Part shown: in pieces, positions 47,135 through 58,899 of the stretch
How positions within the stretch are numbered: the first letter of the stretch is position 1
Layout: the number at the start of each line of letters is the position of its first letter
Made by a program: the position numbers and the translations under genes
The notes under the pieces: generated by a model
The model's input: the letters and a program-made list of their open reading frames with translations, nothing else
Told to the model about the DNA's origin: nothing
The model's database searches: none
Source: Bdellovibrionales bacterium RIFOXYD12_FULL_39_22
Lineage (GTDB): Bacteria > Bdellovibrionota > Bacteriovoracia > Bacteriovoracales > Bacteriovoracaceae
Assembly (NCBI GenBank): GCA_001770205.1
Contig: MEQL01000049.1
Coordinates: 1 to 64,000 of the forward strand
DNA: 64,000 nucleotides
Reading direction: 5' to 3'

Positions 47135-48270
47135 AGAATTATATCAATCCCGGTGTAGATTGAATGCTCCGTACTTTGCTGTGCCGATCCTAAACATGAC
47201 TCCCTTGAATAAGTAAGTCCAATGTTTAAATATTGTGAATTAAATCGCATACCCCAACTTTGAAAATATTTACCGCTGCTAAATAGAAGTGAAAATAGTC
47301 CGATGTTGTAACGCGAACTCATAATGATATGTTCTTGGCCCAATTCTAAAAAATATCCATAAAATGGAATCTCCAGCGATAAATCAAAAGCACCATAAGT
47401 AGTTTTTAAGTTTTTGCCTAATCCCAAAGTTGAGTATGTTTCAAACAAAAAATTTGTTTGCATAACCGCGGCCGTTCCAAGATCATTCCTTTGATCGTGG
47501 CCATCATTAATTTTACTATTTATGTTTTTGATTTGTAGTGCCAGTTTTGGAAAAAAAAGTGAGTCGTTATCAACAAAAAAACCAAGATCGGCCGCAACAC
47601 CATAGATTGTTTTCATTTGAACTAAGTCCTCAGGGGAAGAGAGGGCCAAGTCAAAAACTGAAAATACAGTGTTTGCAAATCCATGTTCATAATAAAAGAT
47701 GCTACCCCCTGCCGATAACGAAAACGTATTCGAAAAAATTGTGCTCTGGCCCAGCTTTCTACCGCTGGTTAGTCGCAAATTTTCATGATTCACTATATAT
47801 AAGGAAATTTCTGGAAAGGCGGGATTAAACATATATAAATCTGCCAGCAGATAATATGGCGAATATGCAATTTCAAACATCTTTGCTTTAAAAACAAAAT
47901 CCGAATTAAAAGAAAAGGTAGTGAAACTACTTGTTTGAAATATTTTTCTAACCATCTCTTCTGTTATTGGATAAAAAATAAGATTATGGCCATTATCAAT
48001 GGAATTACCATCCGACTTTCCCGCAAAAATGACCGAAACATCGTCTTCTTGTGAATATGAAAACAGCGCAGGATTACAACGCGCTGAAAAATTTTCTTTT
48101 GCTATAGTCGAACAAGCATTTCCCAGTGCCACCGTCTCAAAATTTCCGTTGGGGCGTAGCTGATGCGTGACAATTAGTGCTTGTGCCACATTTGCACATA
48201 GCACTAAGCTAGCAAAGGTCTTCTTTATATTCCTCAATGATTTTCTTAATAGCATCTTTTTGTTCTTCAT
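47131..48270 (-). CDS. Probable outer-membrane beta-barrel protein (start uncertain)
   Basis: ALGNA...NPA motif, amphipathic strands. Confidence 0.65.
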   Translation of the reverse strand: MKNKKMLLRKSLRNIKKTFASLVLCANVAQALIVTHQLRPNGNFETVALGNACSTIAKENFSARCNPALFSYSQEDDVSVIFAGKSDGNSIDNGHNLIFYPITEEMVRKIFQTSSFTTFSFNSDFVFKAKMFEIAYSPYYLLADLYMFNPAFPEISLYIVNHENLRLTSGRKLGQSTIFSNTFSLSAGGSIFYYEHGFANTVFSVFDLALSSPEDLVQMKTIYGVAADLGFFVDNDSLFFPKLALQIKNINSKINDGHDQRNDLGTAAVMQTNFLFETYSTLGLGKNLKTTYGAFDLSLEIPFYGYFLELGQEHIIMSSRYNIGLFSLLFSSGKYFQSWGMRFNSQYLNIGLTYSRESCLGSAQQSTEHSIYTGIDIIL

Positions 48271-49459
48271 TAAGTTCTTTTGGAGGGTTTAGCATAATAC
48301 CATCGATATTCCATTCTTTTGAATTATTGTTTTTTGAAACATCACTTTCTTTTTTATTTGACGATGCGCTGATAAAATAGTGCATCCCATTTGAAAAGTG
48401 GCGATAATTTTTTATAAAACTATCCAATCTAGTATTACAGCCAACGTCAAACATATCGTTAATCTGCTCAACATATAAAGCATCCTTCACTGCAGCGGCG
48501 GCCAAATATGCGCCCAAAACACTAATCTGTTGCTTCGCATTTTTATTTAATCTAGATTTCTTCGGGGCCAGCCCTTTAATTTTTTCTAAAAGATCAATCG
48601 ATGCATATAGTAGTGCAGTATCTACCGTCTCTAGCGATGGTACTTGCGCTAGTGTCGGCAATGACTCAAAAACGTTGTATATCAACTTAAATAGATTCAC
48701 GCGCTCATCTATCTTCAACAGGCCATATTCAATTTCGTCATCCCAATTATCTAGCGCATATTTTTTGATTTTTTTCTTTAGCTCTCCTTCGTCTTCTGGA
48801 AAGTTTTTTATTTTTGAGTCCATCTCTTTTTCACAATCCACATTCATCGCCTCAGCAGACGAGATGTGAGTGCTAACAAATTCATACATCGTCGTTTGCT
48901 TAAAAAAAACTGGCGAATCAATCTCGAAATTTGCCCAACACATATAATGGTGGCCAGAAGAATCTTCATATTCGTAATCACTGATATAATCAATCTCCAC
49001 CGTATAACTTATGTTCTGAGGATTCATTGCTTCCACACTCTTTCTCTTTTGCTCTGAACTTGTAGTTCCGCTTTTCGCATCCTGGCCCAAAAAAAGTCTA
49101 GAAAAATACCTTTGCGTCTCGCTAGAATAGGACCGCATCATTTCCCAATCAACCATGGCCGTCTTAAATAGTTGCATTTTTACAATCGGAAATAGTGAGT
49201 AGATATCAACGCCGCCTTTTATCGATAAGGCCTGCGCTTTCAAGTATTGTATTTCTAAATTTTCTGGCAAATAAGCAAGCGCCTGGTCTATTAACTTTAG
49301 TGCTAATCTGTGGTCTTGTGCATTCAGCGCATTTAAAATTTCTTCTTCCAGAAGGTCTGCCTTTTGTTTTTTGTCCTGCTGGTTTCCGCATGACGCTATC
49401 AATAATAAAATAATTAGCGGAAGTAAGAATGCGCGTAATGGTAATTCTTTTTGAAACAT
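48209..49459 (-). CDS. TPR-containing lipoprotein
   Basis: Lipobox IASC; ALKLIDQALAYLPEN..YLKAQAL. Confidence 0.72.
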   Translation of the reverse strand: MFQKELPLRAFLLPLIILLLIASCGNQQDKKQKADLLEEEILNALNAQDHRLALKLIDQALAYLPENLEIQYLKAQALSIKGGVDIYSLFPIVKMQLFKTAMVDWEMMRSYSSETQRYFSRLFLGQDAKSGTTSSEQKRKSVEAMNPQNISYTVEIDYISDYEYEDSSGHHYMCWANFEIDSPVFFKQTTMYEFVSTHISSAEAMNVDCEKEMDSKIKNFPEDEGELKKKIKKYALDNWDDEIEYGLLKIDERVNLFKLIYNVFESLPTLAQVPSLETVDTALLYASIDLLEKIKGLAPKKSRLNKNAKQQISVLGAYLAAAAVKDALYVEQINDMFDVGCNTRLDSFIKNYRHFSNGMHYFISASSNKKESDVSKNNNSKEWNIDGIMLNPPKELNEEQKDAIKKIIEEYKEDLC

Positions 49460-49762
49460 TTTGTGAATATACACAATCTTTTATTTTTTACAAGGTATTT
49501 CCTGAAATTACATGCTTTTAAGAGTTTTACTTTTTTAAAAAAACGACGGTGAAAAATTGACACGCCCAAGCTAACGATCAAAAAACGTCTAGCATATTCT
49601 TGTAAAACTTCCCTAATCAAGCGTACAGAGACGCAAAAGTGACCATTTTTTTTACAGAGGTATGTAATTTGGGGTAATAGTCAGTTTTAAAATTGATGAA
49701 ATTAATAGAAAAGATAAAATCTATTCAATGAGACTGTAACCACTAATTATAGGAGCAATCAC

Positions 49763-50209
49763 ATGAAAAAATTAATCTTTATACTAATAACGCTAACCTC
49801 ATTATCAGCAATGGCCGCGACTGAAGACGCGACAAAAAAAGCAGAAGTTCCAGAGACTTTTTCTACCTCTTTTTTATTTAAAGATCTTTGGGATTATGGA
49901 CCGACCCCCTTTGTAAGATTAACAAATGTAAACAATGGACAAGCTAGCCACCTATATTGCAATCATGACAGTAATATTCCTGATGACTTCATATCTTACT
50001 ACAATCGGGCCAATCAACCTGTCGCGGTGTTTGAATTTCCTAGCGAAAAAATCTGTCGCGAATTTTTTGACTGCGCAGCTTATTACTCTGAAGGAAAAGA
50101 ACTAAAAATTGAAGTTAATCGTCAGACAAAGAAAATAATTAAAATAGAGTTGCCAGAAGGATGTAAAAAAGATCTTTGGTCTTCGTTGGAACAAAATGCT
50201 GACGGCTAG
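49763..50209 (+). CDS. Secreted hypothetical protein
   Basis: AGGAG RBS, signal peptide ending AMA. Confidence 0.8.
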   Translation: MKKLIFILITLTSLSAMAATEDATKKAEVPETFSTSFLFKDLWDYGPTPFVRLTNVNNGQASHLYCNHDSNIPDDFISYYNRANQPVAVFEFPSEKICREFFDCAAYYSEGKELKIEVNRQTKKIIKIELPEGCKKDLWSSLEQNADG

Positions 50210-50238
50210 TCGCCAATAATAAGTGACATCGATTGCCG

Positions 50239-51552
50239 CTACATCACTCCGATCTCTTTCTCGCGAAATTTTCCCAGTCGCTTGCGAATAAGGGTATCGC
50301 GTTCTGCTTGAACTGTTTTATTTTTCGCATCGGTAACAAGCTCTTCTGTTCGATTATATAGTGCGCTAGTGTCTTGAATATCCTCTTGCAAGTGGCCAAT
50401 GGAACTGGCTATTGTCTTAAATGCATTTCTCATTTGCACTAGCTCGTGGGCCAAGCGCTCATTATCTGCCTTGATTTCTTGCGCCTCTTGATACTGCCGT
50501 TTAATAATTATACTCTGCTCTTGAGCACTTTGAATAAGCTCATCTTTATGCTTGATTTCCCCTCGTAGGTTGCGTGAAAAATCTTTTAGCTTATCTAAAT
50601 CTGTTTCATAAAGAGCAACCTTTCGACTTAATTGCTCATTTTCTTTTTTTAGTGCTTCGATACTTAAATGGGCCTGCTGAAATTCTCCACGAACTTTCGT
50701 AGTTTCTTCTTTACCTTTTTCCACTTCTTCTTTTTGTGCCTGTGCATATTTACGGATCTCTTCGATGTAAGCACTTGTTTTATACTCATGCGCCTGCATC
50801 GTCCTAATATGTCCCTTTAATTTCTCCACCTCTTCTTTTAATTGATTGGCCTCTATTTTATAAATCTGTGTCTGCTCTTTTGCCTGTTTAAAATCAGACT
50901 GTGCCTGATCAACATCCTTCTTTTGCTTGGTAATTTCTTCTTGTAATTTTTGAATTTCCTGGCGGGCCTTCTCCCCAAAAGTTTTTAACTCGTTAGAGTA
51001 ACGAATTAATTCCTCTACGTCGCTTTTGTGTTTTGCTTGATTGTGCTCTTGGGCCTCAACCTTTAACTTTCGTTCTTCTACATCAGCGCGCATATTATCT
51101 ACGCGCTCTTTGTCTTTTAGAATGTCACCTTTTAAGTTCTCTAGCTCTTGCATTTTTTCGTTAGCAGAAATAATTAACTGTTCTGCCTTGGCGGTTTGTG
51201 CTGCTGCCGCGCTCTGAATACGATCAGCATGGGCCCGTGTCTCTCGGCCATATTTTCTCAAGGCCTCAATTTCCCGATCAGCATTTTCTAGTTGTTCTGT
51301 TAAAGTAGCAATGGCCTTGTTATCTTGCTCTGTGGTTTTCTTTTCTAGCGCTATTTTATTTTTTAGAAAATCATCGCGTAATAACTCGAGTTGATCTTTG
51401 ATTTCATCAATTTCAGGTTGTCTGGCCTCCCAGACCGCACGATATATTCCTCGCTTTTTAGCATCCCCTAAAAGGCCGAAGATGGCGCGGTTGTGTGAAA
51501 TAAGTTCTTCCAAATTTTGGTATATTTTCCGACTCATTTTATTGGCCTCCAT
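50239..51552 (-). CDS. Long coiled-coil protein
   Basis: Near-continuous E/K/Q/L heptad pattern, no TM. Confidence 0.8.
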   Translation of the reverse strand: MEANKMSRKIYQNLEELISHNRAIFGLLGDAKKRGIYRAVWEARQPEIDEIKDQLELLRDDFLKNKIALEKKTTEQDNKAIATLTEQLENADREIEALRKYGRETRAHADRIQSAAAAQTAKAEQLIISANEKMQELENLKGDILKDKERVDNMRADVEERKLKVEAQEHNQAKHKSDVEELIRYSNELKTFGEKARQEIQKLQEEITKQKKDVDQAQSDFKQAKEQTQIYKIEANQLKEEVEKLKGHIRTMQAHEYKTSAYIEEIRKYAQAQKEEVEKGKEETTKVRGEFQQAHLSIEALKKENEQLSRKVALYETDLDKLKDFSRNLRGEIKHKDELIQSAQEQSIIIKRQYQEAQEIKADNERLAHELVQMRNAFKTIASSIGHLQEDIQDTSALYNRTEELVTDAKNKTVQAERDTLIRKRLGKFREKEIGVM

Positions 51553-51668
51553 TCCAACACAAGAGATACTGGATATATTATAAACGTTATTGCGTTAAAT
51601 GCTAGGGCCTAAATTTGCCGACTAAAATGGTAATATTCTTTACTAAGATTACTCAACTAACGGAAATT

Positions 51669-53354
51669 TTAAGAAAGAGAGGGGAATTTGATGTTCGTTT
51701 TTTTGCGCGCCTCAAGTGCTATTTCGTAACCTGCATCAGCGTGTCTAACGATTCCCATTCCCGAATCAGAGTTTAAAACACGAGATAGGCGCTTGTCCAT
51801 CTGCTCCGTTCCATCACAAACAATGACCATACCGGCATGTTGCGAGTAACCCATTCCTACTCCGCCCCCATGATGAAAACTGGCCCAGGATGCTCCGTTC
51901 ATGGTGTTAATCATAAGATTAAGCAAAGGCCAATCGCTTACTGCATCAGAACCATCTCTCATCGCTTCTGTCTCGCGATTAGGAGAGGCCACCGATCCAC
52001 TATCCAGATGATCTCGGCCAATTACGATAGGTGCTTTAACTTTTTTATCGCGAACTAATCTATTAAAAAGCAATCCGGCCTTCTCTCGATCACCATATGG
52101 GAGCCAGCAGATACGTGCAGGCAGTCCTTGAAAAGTAATCATGCTATGTGCCTTGTCGAGCCAATTGATTAGTTTTTTATTTTCTGAAAAAAGCTCTTTT
52201 AATGCTTGATCTGTTACATGAATATCCGCAGGGTCTCCGGACAGGGCCACCCAGCGAAAAGGGCCGGAGCCTTCACAAAAAAGTGGCCGAATATAGGCGG
52301 GAGTAAATCCCGGGAAATCAAAAGCATTTTCCACGCCGACTTTCTGAGCTCCGGCCCGCAAATTATTTCCATAGTCAAAAACATGTGATCCCATCTTTTG
52401 CAATTTCAACATAGCTCGAACATGATCACCCATGGTGTTATAGCTCTCTTGAGTATATTTTTCTGGATTGGTTTGACGCAAGGCCTTGGCCTCTTGCAAG
52501 CTCATATTGCGCGGAACATAGCCATTAAGTGGATCGTGAGCAGAAGTCTGATCTGTAGTTAAGTCAGGAATTATATTTTTTGAAATTATATATTCAAAAA
52601 AATCCGCCGCATTTCCTACGGTAGCAATGGAAACTGCCTTACGTTCTTTTTTTGCCGCTAATGCCATGGCAATGGCCTCATCAAATGATGAGGCCAAGTG
52701 ATCCAGATATTTTGATTTGAGTCTTTTTTCAATGCGACTTTTATCTACATCGCAACCCAAAAATACTCCTTCGGCCATTTTTACCGCCAAAGGCTGTGCC
52801 CCCCCCATTCCGCCAATCCCGGCAGAGAGAACTAATTTACCGGCCAGTGAAGATCCTTTTCCATAGTGTTTTTCCGCGGCGGCCATAAAGGTCTCATAGG
52901 TTCCCTGTAAAATTCCTTGGCCTCCAATATAGATCCAAGAACCAGCTGTCATTTGTCCATACATCATCAAATCTTCCGCTTTTAGATGATTGAAGTGATT
53001 CCAAGTTGCCCAGTTGGGAACGAGATTGGAATTTGCGATCAAAACTCGGGGGCCATAAGGATGACTTGGCATGATGGCCACTGGTTTTCCAGATTGGATT
53101 AGCAGTGTTTCATTATCTTCTAAGTTTTTTAAGGCCGAAATAATATCGGCCAATGCCTTAAAGTTACGCGCGGCCTGGCCATTTCCTCCATAGACAATCA
53201 AGTTGTCTCGGTCTTCCGCTACCTCCGGATGAAGATTATTTAAGAGGCAGCGTAAAGCGGCCTCTTGATGCCATCCTTTACAGGTAAGTTTTGTACCAGT
53301 AGGAGGAAGGGGAATTTCAAATTTTCGATGAAGCTCATTTTTTTTGTCACTCAT
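51669..53354 (-). CDS. hutU: Urocanate hydratase
   Basis: [41 protein letters not shown]. Confidence 0.98.
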   Translation of the reverse strand: MSDKKNELHRKFEIPLPPTGTKLTCKGWHQEAALRCLLNNLHPEVAEDRDNLIVYGGNGQAARNFKALADIISALKNLEDNETLLIQSGKPVAIMPSHPYGPRVLIANSNLVPNWATWNHFNHLKAEDLMMYGQMTAGSWIYIGGQGILQGTYETFMAAAEKHYGKGSSLAGKLVLSAGIGGMGGAQPLAVKMAEGVFLGCDVDKSRIEKRLKSKYLDHLASSFDEAIAMALAAKKERKAVSIATVGNAADFFEYIISKNIIPDLTTDQTSAHDPLNGYVPRNMSLQEAKALRQTNPEKYTQESYNTMGDHVRAMLKLQKMGSHVFDYGNNLRAGAQKVGVENAFDFPGFTPAYIRPLFCEGSGPFRWVALSGDPADIHVTDQALKELFSENKKLINWLDKAHSMITFQGLPARICWLPYGDREKAGLLFNRLVRDKKVKAPIVIGRDHLDSGSVASPNRETEAMRDGSDAVSDWPLLNLMINTMNGASWASFHHGGGVGMGYSQHAGMVIVCDGTEQMDKRLSRVLNSDSGMGIVRHADAGYEIALEARKKTNIKFPSLS

Positions 53355-54943
53355 TTTAACTCTCCCACAATAGATTCTACAACATCAACCAGTTCATTAC
53401 TGTTGATAAGGTTTACAATGTTTTGAATATCTCGATAAAAAACTCGATCTTCTTCAATGGTGGCAACATGGGTGCGAATGCGTTGATAGACCGCCTCAAG
53501 TGCTGGTGAAGTTTTAAGTGGCCGTTGAAATTCCAACGCTTGTGTATTGCAAAGAAGTTCAATGGCCAAGACATTTTTTACATTGAACAAAACTTCTAAT
53601 AATTTACGGCCAGCAGTAACCCCCATAGAAACATGGTCTTCTTTGTCTGTCGAAGTGGGAATAGAGTCTATAGAAGCTGGGTGACACAAATATTTATTCT
53701 CTGAAGCAAGTGCCGCGGCCGTAACATGCGCAATCATTAATCCTGAATTGAGTCCAGAATTTTTTACCAAAAATGCCGGAAGTTCAGAAAAAACCGGATT
53801 CATCATTTTCTCAATGCGCCGTTCACATATATTGGCCACTTCTGATAGGCCCATGGCCAAATAATCTAGTGCCAGCGCAACCGCTTCACCATGAAAATTT
53901 CCACCAGAGATAACTTCTTTAGTTTTTAATAAAACAAGCGGATTGTCTGTCACTGAATTCATCTCGCGCTCAACTACTTCCAAAGTGTGCATCAACGTCT
54001 GTCGACAAGCACCATGTACTTGGGGAACACAGCGCAAAGAGTAGGGATCTTGCACCTTGGCACACTTTCGATGGGAATTAATCAGTTTTGATCCGGCCAG
54101 GGTTTTATTCAAATTGTAAGTACAAGCAAGTTGGCCAGGATGCGGTTTTAAATTGGCAATCTCGGGATGATAGGCCTTATCGGTTCCTTTTACGGCATCT
54201 AGGGTTAAGGCCGCAGAGATATCTGCTAGCTTATAGAGATTGCGTGCTTCATGAAGAGCTATTGCTCCAAGTGCACTCATCACAGAAGTTCCATTAATAA
54301 GAGCTAGTCCATCTTTGGGGCCGAGCTTGGCCGGCCTCTTTTTGATAGACTCGATCGCAAAGTCCGCCCGAATAATCTTCCCCTCCTGCTCTACTTCTCC
54401 CTCTCCAATAAGGGCCAAAGCGATGTGAGAAAGAGGTGCCAAATCTCCAGAAGCACCAACCGAACCTTTTTCAAAAACAACTGGAGTAATTCCATGGTTA
54501 ATAAAATCAAGAAGCAATTCCACAATCTCCGGATTGATTCCAGAAAATCCGCGACAAAGACAGTTTGCTCGTAAAAGCATTATTGCACGAACAACTTCTC
54601 GGCCAAAAGGACGGCCCACTCCTGTGCAGTGGGAACGAATCAAGTTAATTTGCAATTTTTCTAAATCCGCAGGCCGTATGTGTTTATTTGAAAGAGCACC
54701 AAAGCCAGTATTTATTCCGTATACGGGAGTTGTTCCTCCCGCAATATCTAAAACCACCTGTCGAGATGCGGCCATGACTTTTTTTGCCTGTTCGTCAATT
54801 GCCACTTGAATTAAAGAGGCCCGACTAAACGCAATTTTATATACTGAAGAAACATCTAGTCCTGAGCCATTAATGAAGACAGTCTCTCCACTATTTTTTT
54901 TAAAAGTTGTTTTTTTACTGCTCTTTTTTGTAGATGACGCCAT
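53351..54943 (-). CDS. hutH: Histidine ammonia-lyase
   Basis: [14 protein letters not shown] (MIO), [14 protein letters not shown]. Confidence 0.97.
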   Translation of the reverse strand: MASSTKKSSKKTTFKKNSGETVFINGSGLDVSSVYKIAFSRASLIQVAIDEQAKKVMAASRQVVLDIAGGTTPVYGINTGFGALSNKHIRPADLEKLQINLIRSHCTGVGRPFGREVVRAIMLLRANCLCRGFSGINPEIVELLLDFINHGITPVVFEKGSVGASGDLAPLSHIALALIGEGEVEQEGKIIRADFAIESIKKRPAKLGPKDGLALINGTSVMSALGAIALHEARNLYKLADISAALTLDAVKGTDKAYHPEIANLKPHPGQLACTYNLNKTLAGSKLINSHRKCAKVQDPYSLRCVPQVHGACRQTLMHTLEVVEREMNSVTDNPLVLLKTKEVISGGNFHGEAVALALDYLAMGLSEVANICERRIEKMMNPVFSELPAFLVKNSGLNSGLMIAHVTAAALASENKYLCHPASIDSIPTSTDKEDHVSMGVTAGRKLLEVLFNVKNVLAIELLCNTQALEFQRPLKTSPALEAVYQRIRTHVATIEEDRVFYRDIQNIVNLINSNELVDVVESIVGELK

Positions 54944-54948
54944 AACAA

Positions 54949-55617
54949 TTACTCTCTTAGTTGATTGATTTTTTTCTGATAGTTATTATTTTCTACTCTA
55001 AATACAAAAGATCCGGCCACAAAATTATCCACTCCCAAGGCCGTCAGTTGCTTAGCATTGATCTCGGAAATTCCGCCATCAATTTGGATGGAAAAATTTA
55101 ATTTCCTCTCCTGGCGAATTTTATTCAGTTCTTTCAATTTATCAAACGCCTCCGGCAAAAAAGACTGGCCACCAAATCCCGGTTCAACTGACATTAATAA
55201 AAAAAGATTGATTTTTTCTAAAACGGCCATAGGAATTGTTTGCAAATCCGTTTTAGGCCTAATAGAGATCCCCACTGACGGGTAATACTTCTTGGCCTGC
55301 TCAATCATTGCTTTTGCTTGCTGCTCATTTTTACATGCTTCATAGTGAAAAGTTAAATTGTGAATTTTATTTTTGGCCAAAGTTTCAAAATAAAACTCCG
55401 GATTAGTTACCATCAAATGTGCATCCAGTGGATGCTTAGCAATTGAAGCAATCTTGGCAATGATGGGATGGCCAAACGTAAGATTAGGAACAAAATGTCC
55501 ATCCATAATATCAAGATGGTACCAAATGTTTTCAATCTTATTTAATATTTTTATCTCTCGCTCAATATTTAAAAAATCGCAAGAGAGAAGACTGGGAGAA
55601 ACAATGACTTTGCTCAT
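54949..55617 (-). CDS. rpe: Ribulose-phosphate 3-epimerase
   Basis: HLDIMDGHFVPN, MSVEPGFGGQ, IDGG. Confidence 0.97.
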   Translation of the reverse strand: MSKVIVSPSLLSCDFLNIEREIKILNKIENIWYHLDIMDGHFVPNLTFGHPIIAKIASIAKHPLDAHLMVTNPEFYFETLAKNKIHNLTFHYEACKNEQQAKAMIEQAKKYYPSVGISIRPKTDLQTIPMAVLEKINLFLLMSVEPGFGGQSFLPEAFDKLKELNKIRQERKLNFSIQIDGGISEINAKQLTALGVDNFVAGSFVFRVENNNYQKKINQLRE

Positions 55618-55642
55618 AAAAATCGTCCTTTCCTATAGTACT

Positions 55643-56614
55643 CTACTCTTTGAGCGGTGTAAGAACAATCATCTCTGGAGAACTTTGGTATTTATTTTTC
55701 AAAGCAACTACCAACTCTTGATCACCAGAAATTTTTTTGCCCTCTAGTTGAATTTCGCGCAAGCGTAGCGCTCCGTCACTACAACCAACGAGCAAAGTTC
55801 CAAAATCTAAGAAAATTTTTCCCGGAGATAATGCCATTTTCTCCTCAGTAACATCAAAAATTTTTAATCGCTGTCCAGCAATGAAACAAAAAATTCCCGG
55901 CCATGGGTAATAGGCCTTTAACATTCGTTCAATCTTTTGACGTGAACAGGTGACAAAATCAACATATCCATCATTTTTTTTTATAGTCGGTGCATACGAA
56001 GCAAGGCCATGATCTTGTGGAGTATAAATTATTTCTCCGGATGATAACTGAGTAATAAATTTTTCACACCCTTTTGCTGCTTCTATTTTAAGTTTATTAA
56101 AAAGAGTTTCGCTATTTTCTTCTTTTGAAATCTCAACACTATGCCCATAAACTAAATCACCGGCATCCATCTCTTTTACCATCTTTTGGATAGAAACTCC
56201 GGTGGATTGTTCCCCCGCAAGAAGAGCATATTGAATTGGTGCCGCACCTCGATATTTAGGTAAAAGAGATGTGTGAATATTAAAAGCTCCAATGGCCGGA
56301 ATCTTCAGAAGCTTTTCAGATAAAAATTGAGCAAAGGCCAAGACAATAAATAGATCTACCTTTTCTTGGACAAATTCGGCCAAAAGGGATTCTTCTTTGT
56401 TGATATTTGCCGTCTGACAAAGAGAAATATGTCTGTTTTTAGCACAAACCGCAACGGGAGGAGGAGAGAGGTGTTGGCCACGTCCGGCCGGCCGGTCCGG
56501 CATCGTAACAACTTTTATTAAATCAATCTCAGGATTTTGTGCCAACATTTCCAACGTCGGAATTGAAAAATCAGGAGTGCCAAAAAAAACTGTCTTGAAC
56601 TTTCGTTCTGTCAC
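55643..56614 (-). CDS. fmt: Methionyl-tRNA formyltransferase
   Basis: FFGTPDF, PDRPAGRG, HTSLLPKYRGAAPIQ. Confidence 0.97.
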   Translation of the reverse strand: MTERKFKTVFFGTPDFSIPTLEMLAQNPEIDLIKVVTMPDRPAGRGQHLSPPPVAVCAKNRHISLCQTANINKEESLLAEFVQEKVDLFIVLAFAQFLSEKLLKIPAIGAFNIHTSLLPKYRGAAPIQYALLAGEQSTGVSIQKMVKEMDAGDLVYGHSVEISKEENSETLFNKLKIEAAKGCEKFITQLSSGEIIYTPQDHGLASYAPTIKKNDGYVDFVTCSRQKIERMLKAYYPWPGIFCFIAGQRLKIFDVTEEKMALSPGKIFLDFGTLLVGCSDGALRLREIQLEGKKISGDQELVVALKNKYQSSPEMIVLTPLKE

Positions 56615-56624
56615 TTTTGCGCTC

Positions 56625-57227
56625 CTATTCTTCTTTTTGTTCTTCTCGCTTGATCTCTTTTAAAATTTTCTTTTTGATCATATTGCGCTTTAGTAATGAT
56701 AGTCTTTCTAAAAAAACAATTCCATCCAGGTGGTCTGTCTCGTGCTGAATAACTACCGCCAATGTTCCCGTCGCATCTAGCGTCTGGCGCTTTCCTTCCA
56801 AATCAGAATATTCAACCGTAATGTTTTCTGCTCGCTTAACTTCTTCGTAAACGCCTGGAACACTAAGACAGCCTTCTTCATAAAGAAGTTCGCCATCTTT
56901 TTTTAAAATTATTGGATTAATAAAAACCTTAGGAGAAAAATTAGAAAGAGAAATTTCTTCTTCTCCGTCAGCATTCATTATTTTTTCTCGATTGTAATCA
57001 ACGTCCGCCACAAAAAGACGAATACCCCGGCCAACCTGTGGAGCGGCCAATCCAATACCCGGCGCATGATACATAGTCGTCAACATATCGTCACAAAGTG
57101 CTTTCAATGAAGAGTCAAAAAGTGTAACTGATACTGCTTTTTTAGTCAGAACTGGGGCCGGCCAAGTAAAGACTTTTAGTTGCCTTCCACTTGGCGTATA
57201 GTTGTTATTAGCGTTTGAATCAGACAT
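56625..57227 (-). CDS. def: Peptide deformylase
   Basis: GIGLAAPQVG, EGCLSVP, QHETDH. Confidence 0.98.
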   Translation of the reverse strand: MSDSNANNNYTPSGRQLKVFTWPAPVLTKKAVSVTLFDSSLKALCDDMLTTMYHAPGIGLAAPQVGRGIRLFVADVDYNREKIMNADGEEEISLSNFSPKVFINPIILKKDGELLYEEGCLSVPGVYEEVKRAENITVEYSDLEGKRQTLDATGTLAVVIQHETDHLDGIVFLERLSLLKRNMIKKKILKEIKREEQKEE

Positions 57228-57259
57228 AATTTTTTATAGCATGGGCAAAACAATAGAGT

Positions 57260-58882
57260 CTAGTCAAAACTCTTTTTTCCCGCTTTGATGGCCACCAAAT
57301 TATAAGTAAGAGCAGAAAAATTTTTATTTTCGATAGTAAAGATCAGGTCGTTTAATTTAATTCGCCTCTTCCAGACTGGCCATTGGGCCAAAAGTTCTGT
57401 ACTCCCCGCTATCTGTGCTCGTTTTCTTTCCAAAAGTCGCTCCGGCAAAATTACGATGCTATTAGCATCTTTGATAGAAAAATAAATCTTTTTAAAAGAT
57501 ATTGGTGTGATTTCTTTTCCTATTGCCTCTGCCAGGAAATAGGGCCTCTTCATTGTGGAATAGATGACGTAGTGGCGTAATTTTGCGGCCAGACTCTCTG
57601 GAATTTCCGGTCTATAAAAGCGAGGCAAAATTAATATCCACAGAGCTGCAAATATTATAAAAAAAGATGGGACTACTTTTGCTAAGGGCCCTGGGTGAAA
57701 AATTATCCAAAAGGAAAAATAGAGAACAATTGAAAGTCCTACGACATATTGAATATAATTTATCGTGGAACTATTTAGCTCGGGAAAACTTATTACATAA
57801 AGGCCAATAGGTAGAATAAATAGCAAGAAGGTGGTCAACAAAAGTGCCGTATTGCGTATACGTTTTTGTAAAATAAGAGGATCTAGCGCTTGCGCTGTTG
57901 CGATAATTAATATTAAAAAAAAGGGCAGGGAAGGCATCGCATAGTGGTGTGATCGCTGAGATGGAATTAACCATAACGTAAAAAAAACAACAAACGCTAT
58001 AAATATAAATTGCGTTTGTGCGAAATTTTTTTGCCATTTAAGCTTGCCGAGGACAAGCGGAAACCACGGGAGTGAGAAAAACACAATTCCCTGAAATAGA
58101 GAAGAGAGTGGATAAGACTTGGTAGAAAACTTTCCTAAATTTTCCCGTAGAAAAAAATAATTTATAAATTCCCATCCAAAGCGCCAAGACATATAAAAAT
58201 ACCAAAGCGATGAAAGTAAAGTTCCGACAATTATCCAACGAAAAAATTTGGGCCAGGCACTTTCCTGATATTTTATTCTGCGCCAAAGAAGGAAAATAAA
58301 AATTGAAAGAGCACTCATTACTATGGCCACCGGCCCCTTCACTAAGGCGGCGGCGGCCAGGAGTATCATCGAAAAATATTCTTGCCGCTTACCATCCTGG
58401 TAGAGGGAATCAAAAAAAGATAATACAGCGGCGGTTGACAGGATAGTAAGGGGAAGCTCCATCATGTATATGCGAGAGTACTTATTAAAACCGACAGTAG
58501 CAGCAAAGAAAAAGATTGTGATAAAACGTTCAAGTTTAAAATGACGCTCTACCCAGCCTGCAATATAAAAAATCCCAAAAACCGAAAGCAGCGCGATGGC
58601 CGCCCTGGCCGTCCACAGGGCACTAGTTTGAAAAATAAAATAAAAGGGGAATCCCAGCCAAAAATGTAACGGTGGTTTAGACCAATGATTTTCTCCATAG
58701 ACTATTGGCGAAAAGAAATTCCCCGTCTGATACATCTCCTTACCAATTTGTAAATAAAAGCTTTCAGTTCCTTGGCGAAGTGCATTCAAATTGCCAATAT
58801 CCCAGAGAAAATAGATCAACACTAAAAAGGCCGCCCAGAGGCCAGAATATTTGCTGAAAAATTTGAAATGGTTTGGTGTCAT
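57260..58882 (-). CDS. ArnT-family (GT-C) membrane glycosyltransferase
   Basis: E..Y...GKEM, KPPLHFW, LVKGP, many TM helices. Confidence 0.85.
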   Translation of the reverse strand: MTPNHFKFFSKYSGLWAAFLVLIYFLWDIGNLNALRQGTESFYLQIGKEMYQTGNFFSPIVYGENHWSKPPLHFWLGFPFYFIFQTSALWTARAAIALLSVFGIFYIAGWVERHFKLERFITIFFFAATVGFNKYSRIYMMELPLTILSTAAVLSFFDSLYQDGKRQEYFSMILLAAAALVKGPVAIVMSALSIFIFLLWRRIKYQESAWPKFFRWIIVGTLLSSLWYFYMSWRFGWEFINYFFLRENLGKFSTKSYPLSSLFQGIVFFSLPWFPLVLGKLKWQKNFAQTQFIFIAFVVFFTLWLIPSQRSHHYAMPSLPFFLILIIATAQALDPLILQKRIRNTALLLTTFLLFILPIGLYVISFPELNSSTINYIQYVVGLSIVLYFSFWIIFHPGPLAKVVPSFFIIFAALWILILPRFYRPEIPESLAAKLRHYVIYSTMKRPYFLAEAIGKEITPISFKKIYFSIKDANSIVILPERLLERKRAQIAGSTELLAQWPVWKRRIKLNDLIFTIENKNFSALTYNLVAIKAGKKSFD

Positions 58883-58899
58883 CAAATCTCTCTAGGTGC

